This document shows positions 46,342 to 51,112 of a DNA stretch of 51,112 nt, piece by piece; the first letter of the stretch is position 1, and each line of letters opens with the position of its first letter. The notes beneath the pieces were generated by a model, which did not search any database, had not been told where the DNA came from, and was given only the letters and a program-made list of their open reading frames with translations. This stretch comes from a virus (lineage: Duplodnaviria; Caudoviricetes). The stretch covers positions 1 to 51,112 of the IMG/VR virus record IMGVR_UViG_3300027798_000058; one strand, 5' to 3'. The translations under genes and the position numbers were made by a program.

Positions 46342-47972
46342 TGGTACAACAAACTATAAATAATGGCGAGACTGGGTTAGTTGTTAGAGGCAAAATCAAC
46401 GACAACTTTACTGAAGTTTACAACTTAACAGCTAATCCGTATCCACGGGTTACTGACTACGCGTCTCTTCCTGCTGCCTCTACGCAAGCGGGCAAAATCT
46501 ATATTGTAGAAACAAGCACGGGCATTTGGCCTTTACGTAAATCTGCTGGTATGTGGATAAGCAACGGCTCTGTCTGGGCATGGCTTGGCAACGAGTCTTT
46601 GTTAGCAGAACAGATTACCTTTACTGGTAGTGGAACTATTGCAGCAACAAATCTACAGGCGGCTATTCAAGAGCTAGACTCTGAGACGCAGGGCTCGCTT
46701 GCTAACAGGCAGCCTTTGGCAGCAGTACTTACTAACACAACTGCATCGTTCACAACTGCACTAGAGACAAAGCTTAACGGCATTGCTACTGGCGCTACAG
46801 CGAACAACACTGACGCTTTTTTAATAGCTCGTGCTAATCACACGGGAACTCAGCTTGCTTCTACGGTTAGCGATTTTAGCGAAGCTGTTGATGATCGCGT
46901 AGCTGCTCTGCTTTTGCAGGGTTCTAACATAACTCTTACGTATGACGACACTGCCAACACCATAACGGTTAGTTCGGCAGCAGCTTCTTGGGGTTCTATC
47001 ACAGGTACGTTGTCTTCGCAAACAGATCTAAGCACAGCTTTAAACGGCAAGCAGCCTTTGGCTACTGTGCTAACTAATACTACTGCCAGCTTTACCACTG
47101 CACAAGAAACAAAACTTGCGGGTATCGCTACGGGTGCAACAGTTAACAGCACCGACGCTTTTCTTTTAGCTCGTGCCAACCATACTGGTACGCAAGACGT
47201 AGCAACAATAACAGGTCTCGCAACCGTAGCTACAACAGGCAGTGCGGCTGACCTTACAGGAAACCTTGCAGTTGCTCGATTGAACAGCGGCACTAGCGCA
47301 TCGGCCTCAACCTTCTGGCGCGGTGATGGTACTTGGGCAACCCCCTCGGGCGGCGCTGGCACTGTAACGTCCGTTGGTGGCACTGGCACGGTTAACGGCA
47401 TTACGCTTACTGGAACAGTCACATCAAGCGGTTCATTGACGTTGGGCGGCACTCTTTCTGGCGTTGACCTGACGACACAGGTCACAGGAACCTTGCCTGT
47501 TGGCAACGGCGGCACGGGAGCGACCACACTCACAGGTGTTGTTATCGGCAACGGCACATCTGCGTTTACGGTTAAAACCAACCCAACTGGCGCTTTTGTC
47601 GGCACAACAGACACGCAGACGCTGACTAACAAGCGCGTCACATCTCGCGTTAATGCACAGACAACAACTGCTTCACCTTTTGCGTGGAACTCTGACAGCT
47701 TTGACCAGCAATCGTTTTCGGCTTTAGCTAACGCCCTGACGATTAACGCTGATGCAGGAACGCCCACAGACGGGCAGCGCACTATCTTTCGCTTTAAGGA
47801 CAATGGTGTGGCCCGTGCGCTAACTTGGACAACAGGTGCGACGAAGGCGTTTCGGGCAGTTGGTGTTACGCTGCCGACAACAACCGTTATTAGCAAAACT
47901 ACTTATGTTGGCTGCATCTACAACGTAGCAGATAGCCGCTGGGACGCAGTGGCAGTTTCGCAGGAGGCGTAA
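46341..47972 (+). CDS. tail fibre-like protein, phage A
   Basis: Two ~48-aa repeats ending RANHTGTQ; TFWRGDGTW, GTVTSV, NGGTG and QTLTNK fibre motifs. Confidence 0.75.
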   Translation: MVQQTINNGETGLVVRGKINDNFTEVYNLTANPYPRVTDYASLPAASTQAGKIYIVETSTGIWPLRKSAGMWISNGSVWAWLGNESLLAEQITFTGSGTIAATNLQAAIQELDSETQGSLANRQPLAAVLTNTTASFTTALETKLNGIATGATANNTDAFLIARANHTGTQLASTVSDFSEAVDDRVAALLLQGSNITLTYDDTANTITVSSAAASWGSITGTLSSQTDLSTALNGKQPLATVLTNTTASFTTAQETKLAGIATGATVNSTDAFLLARANHTGTQDVATITGLATVATTGSAADLTGNLAVARLNSGTSASASTFWRGDGTWATPSGGAGTVTSVGGTGTVNGITLTGTVTSSGSLTLGGTLSGVDLTTQVTGTLPVGNGGTGATTLTGVVIGNGTSAFTVKTNPTGAFVGTTDTQTLTNKRVTSRVNAQTTTASPFAWNSDSFDQQSFSALANALTINADAGTPTDGQRTIFRFKDNGVARALTWTTGATKAFRAVGVTLPTTTVISKTTYVGCIYNVADSRWDAVAVSQEA

Positions 47973-48158
47973 ATGATAATCGAATTTGAATACACAACAA
48001 AATACGGCAAATACTCTGACGCAATTATCTTTCCAGATGATGAGCCTATGACAGAAGAGCAGATTGCCACTGAGAAGCAGCGCCGTCTTGATAACTGGAT
48101 TGCGCTCATTGAAGCGCCGATAACGCCAGAAGAGCCAGCGCCAGAACCAGAGGCGTAA
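47973..48158 (+). CDS. small acidic hypothetical protein (copy 2)
   Basis: GGAGG RBS; shares all but its N-terminus with 3517-3705. Confidence 0.75.
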   Translation: MIIEFEYTTKYGKYSDAIIFPDDEPMTEEQIATEKQRRLDNWIALIEAPITPEEPAPEPEA

Positions 48159-49318
48159 GCCGTGGCGGATAGATATTGGGTAGGCGGCACAGGAACGTGG
48201 AACACTACGTCCACAACAGTTTGGTCTGCTACATCGGGCGGAGCATCTGGCGCTTCTGTGCCTACCGCTGCCGATAGCGTTTTCTTTGACCAAGCGGGAA
48301 CATTCACTATTACCCTGACGGGCGCTTTACTGTGCCTTGATATTACGGTTTCTGCCGGGACATATACGTTTACCAGCACTGGTACGATAGCTATCAGTGG
48401 CTCTATGTCGTTGCTGGCGGGGACTGTGTGGGACGCCACAGGCAACCTTACGTTTAACGCTACAACCACAGGTAAGACAGTCACAACAAATGGCGTGATT
48501 ATGTCAGGGAATATAACATTCAACGGCGTTGGCGGTTCATGGACGCTCGGTAGCGCACTAACAACGACAGCATCACGCTCACTCACGCTAACCAGAGGAA
48601 CGCTTAACCTAAGCACATTCACGCTGACAATAGGTGCGTTCAGTTCTAGCAACGCTAACACTCGCACTATTGCTTTTGGCACTGGAAACATTACGCTCTT
48701 GTCTAACGGTTCGCTTTGGACAACATCTACAACTGCGGGGCTATCAACCACAGGCACTCAAGTAGTCAATGTGTCGTACACTGGCGCAAGCGCAGTAACG
48801 ATAACGTCTGGTTCGCTAAACGAAGCTAACAGCATCAGCTTTAATTACACGGCTGGCACGTACTCGCTGACGCTCTCATCAGGGACACAGCGCAACCTTA
48901 ACTTCACAGGCTTTGCAGGAACAGTCAGTAACGCCGCGCAGTTCATTTACGGCAACCTCACACTGGCGGCAGCGGCTACCTACACGGGTGGCCTATCCTC
49001 TTGGACTTTTGCGGCTACATCCACTGGCAAGACAATCACTACTAATGGCAAGACAATGGACTTTCCCATTACGTTTGACGGCGTTGGAGGTTCATGGATA
49101 CTGCAAGATGCGCTGACAATGGGGTCAACGCGAAGGCTATCACAGACTAACGGGACGCTTGACCTTAACGGTAAGACGCTGACTGTTGGCTCAGATTACA
49201 GAACCGCTACTGGAACCAAAAATCTGACGTTTAATGGCGGTACTTTGGTCTGCCCCGCGGCTTCGGCTATAGCATTCAACAACCTGCAACCCACTAATTT
49301 TACGACAACCGCTGGAAC
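47997..49318 (+). repeat. 1,322-bp direct repeat, copy 2
   Basis: Matches 3544-4865; the flanks on both sides are homologous but diverged. Confidence 0.95.
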
Positions 49319-50150
49319 GGGCACTGGCACAATCTCTATGACAGCGGCGACAGCCAAAACCTTTGTCGGCGGCGGGTCTACGTTCAACTGCACTATCAAT
49401 CAGGGTGGCGCTGGTGCGCTGACGATCACGGGCGCTAACACGTTTAACAACATCACGAACACCGTGCAGCCAGCGTCGGTGCTTTTCACCGCCGGGACTA
49501 CTACGACATTTAACAACTTTAACCTGAGCGGCACGGCTGGGAACCTCATCACGATTGCCAGCGCCACGGCGGCTACGCACACGCTGTCAAAGGCAAGCGG
49601 CACTGTTTCTGTAGACTATCTCTCAATCACTAACTCCATCGCAACAGGCGGCGCGGCTTGGTACGCGGGCGCGAATAGTACAAACGTCAGCGGAAACACG
49701 GGCTGGATATTCACAGCACCTCCGGGCGGTTTGCAAACGCTTTTGCCAAGCCTGTACACTAATACCAACACTTTTTACTTAACAACAATCACACAGACAG
49801 GCCCCCCGCAGACGCTGACGCCTGATCGCTACGACAACACGAATGTCTTCTACGATGCCACGGTATCGTCAAGCAACACGCTTACGCCCGACCGCTACGA
49901 CAACACAAATGTCTTTTACGCAGCTACGATATCGGCAAGCAACGAGCTTATCCCCGACCGGTATGACAACACAAACATCTTCTATGCGGCTACGGTTATA
50001 CAGCCGGGCGGCACACAGACGTTAATACCCGCGCGATACGACAACGTAAACACACTGTTTTCACCAACTGTATCGGCGGTATTGCCTCCTGATGAAAATT
50101 TTGTTATGGATGTCAAGTTACGCTCATTTACTGAGCGGAGGAGATTTTAA
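48162..50150 (+). CDS. Gly/Thr-rich virion/tail-associated protein (662-aa allele, phage B C-terminus)
   Basis: Same N-terminus as 3709-5316, plus five TL.P.RYDNTN.FY..T-type repeats. Confidence 0.75.
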   Translation: MADRYWVGGTGTWNTTSTTVWSATSGGASGASVPTAADSVFFDQAGTFTITLTGALLCLDITVSAGTYTFTSTGTIAISGSMSLLAGTVWDATGNLTFNATTTGKTVTTNGVIMSGNITFNGVGGSWTLGSALTTTASRSLTLTRGTLNLSTFTLTIGAFSSSNANTRTIAFGTGNITLLSNGSLWTTSTTAGLSTTGTQVVNVSYTGASAVTITSGSLNEANSISFNYTAGTYSLTLSSGTQRNLNFTGFAGTVSNAAQFIYGNLTLAAAATYTGGLSSWTFAATSTGKTITTNGKTMDFPITFDGVGGSWILQDALTMGSTRRLSQTNGTLDLNGKTLTVGSDYRTATGTKNLTFNGGTLVCPAASAIAFNNLQPTNFTTTAGTGTGTISMTAATAKTFVGGGSTFNCTINQGGAGALTITGANTFNNITNTVQPASVLFTAGTTTTFNNFNLSGTAGNLITIASATAATHTLSKASGTVSVDYLSITNSIATGGAAWYAGANSTNVSGNTGWIFTAPPGGLQTLLPSLYTNTNTFYLTTITQTGPPQTLTPDRYDNTNVFYDATVSSSNTLTPDRYDNTNVFYAATISASNELIPDRYDNTNIFYAATVIQPGGTQTLIPARYDNVNTLFSPTVSAVLPPDENFVMDVKLRSFTERRRF

Positions 50151-50458
50151 TGGCTATCAACTTAAAAGCAATTACTAGCTGTCTGGGCTACCAGCAAATT
50201 ACTTCGCTTAGTTCCGCGCAATATCTAACAGTGCCTTCAGTTGACCCCAACACAGGGTTAAATTTAATGCCCACGATTGCCATTATCACCGCTGAAACAA
50301 CTGGTGTTCGCTGGCGCGATGATGGTGTAGCCCCGACCGCGTCAATAGGTATGCCTTTGGCAGCGGGCGTTACTTTGCAGTACGACGGCGACTTGAGAAA
50401 AATTCGGTTCATTGAGCAGACCCCATCTGCCAAAATCAACATTACATATTACTCGTAA
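50150..50458 (+). CDS. hypothetical virion-operon protein, phage B
   Basis: GGAG RBS; VRWRDDG.APTAS.GMPL motif. Confidence 0.7.
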   Translation: MAINLKAITSCLGYQQITSLSSAQYLTVPSVDPNTGLNLMPTIAIITAETTGVRWRDDGVAPTASIGMPLAAGVTLQYDGDLRKIRFIEQTPSAKINITYYS

Positions 50459-50469
50459 GGATCGCAGGC

Positions 50470-50958
50470 ATGAACATCTCTGGCGACACCCCCGGCGTTA
50501 ACTACGTCGATTACTTTACCCAGCAGCTACCCAAAGATTTGGCCGCTATGGCTGCTTTGCGCGATGAACTGGCTGTACGCCAAGGCGCGCTGTCAGCCGC
50601 AGAGTCGGCAATTGCTGACCGCGATGCAGCAGCAGCCGAATTGGCCGCGGCCAAAGAAGAAGCCGCAGCAATAAAAGCTGACGCAACTAAAATAAACGCA
50701 AAATCCAAAGAGCGTGAATCCGCTGTAGCAGCTAGCGAAACTGCTGTTAACGCGCGCGAAGCTGCGTCGGCAAAAACAATTGCTAGCGCCGAAGCTGAAT
50801 TGGCCGTGCGGTTAAACGCGTGCAACACTCTTGAAGCTGGGCAAACAAAGCTGGCTGCCGAATTGGCAGATCGCAGCGCCAAGATAGCCAGCGATAGCGC
50901 GGCTCTTGAAGCCCGCATTAAAGCATTTCAGGAAAAGGTTGCTAACCTTTCTGCCTGA
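50470..50958 (+). CDS. Ala-rich coiled-coil protein, phage B
   Basis: AAGGA upstream; heptad-like Ala/Glu/Lys sequence. Confidence 0.7.
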   Translation: MNISGDTPGVNYVDYFTQQLPKDLAAMAALRDELAVRQGALSAAESAIADRDAAAAELAAAKEEAAAIKADATKINAKSKERESAVAASETAVNAREAASAKTIASAEAELAVRLNACNTLEAGQTKLAAELADRSAKIASDSAALEARIKAFQEKVANLSA

Positions 50959-51007
50959 TAGACTACCGTACTGGTGCGGCACATCAGGAACTCCATAGGA
51001 GTTACAC

Positions 51008-51112
51008 ATGGACGAAATAGTCCCCAACGTAGCGGATGCCTCCGCGCCAGAACTCGAAGCCACGGCAGCAATTGAGCCTGTAGAAAATACGACGCCGGAA
51101 ACGCCTGCTGAA
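51008..51112 (+). CDS. probable scaffolding protein, phage B (3'-truncated)
   Basis: AGGAG RBS; acidic Pro-rich start MDEIVPNVADASAPELEATAAIEPVENTTPETPAE; structured leader. Confidence 0.6.
   Translation, partial: MDEIVPNVADASAPELEATAAIEPVENTTPETPAE

Larger units (their letters stand above)
3544..47996. mobile_element. one unit-length (44,453 bp) lytic podophage genome, phage A
   Basis: One non-redundant set of packaging, head, tail, lysis and replication genes lies between the repeat copies, and gene order is continuous when the segment is circularised. Confidence 0.85.

Noticed and set aside
46850-48757. Long antisense ORFs (46850-47896, 47918-48757, also 743-1531, 3504-4304, 32337-33131)
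   Set aside because: Shadows of codon-biased genes on the opposite strand, with no motifs or RBS.
3544-49318. Repeat read as attL/attR of a prophage, or as direct terminal repeats
   Set aside because: No integrase is present, both flanks are phage genes, the repeat ends lie inside ORFs with continuing diverged homology, and the likely terminus region is near 39 kb.

Overview
The window is entirely phage DNA and appears to hold two different P22-like podophages joined through one shared sequence. A 1,322-bp direct repeat (3544-4865 = 47997-49318, offset 44,453 bp) brackets an apparently complete 44,453-bp lytic genome, called phage A here. On the + strand phage A has a P22-like virion arm (TerS, TerL, portal, scaffold, coat, tail hub split into two genes, ejection proteins including a 1,846-aa polyvalent protein) and a lysis cassette. 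On the - strand it has a T7-like replication arm (primase-helicase, PolA, SSB, nucleases, class II RNR) and a seven-gene phiEco32/LUZ24-type peptide-ligase cluster. I recognise no RNA polymerase, integrase or repressor; four perfect sigma70 promoters are present. The flanks (1-3543 and 49319-51112) read as one continuous head operon of a second phage, B, running from its portal to the start of its scaffold gene. The arrangement is either an assembly chimera through a recently exchanged tail module (more likely) or a true co-integrate. The noncoding region between the divergent arms (about 38.0-39.4 kb) is dense in signals: a 19-bp inverted repeat around a small ORF, a ~400-nt structured RNA candidate, an array of 15-bp quasi-palindromes, and two tandem alphaproteobacterial-type LexA boxes, which suggest an alphaproteobacterial host. 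All family calls come from recognising motifs by eye; no searches or folding programs were run.
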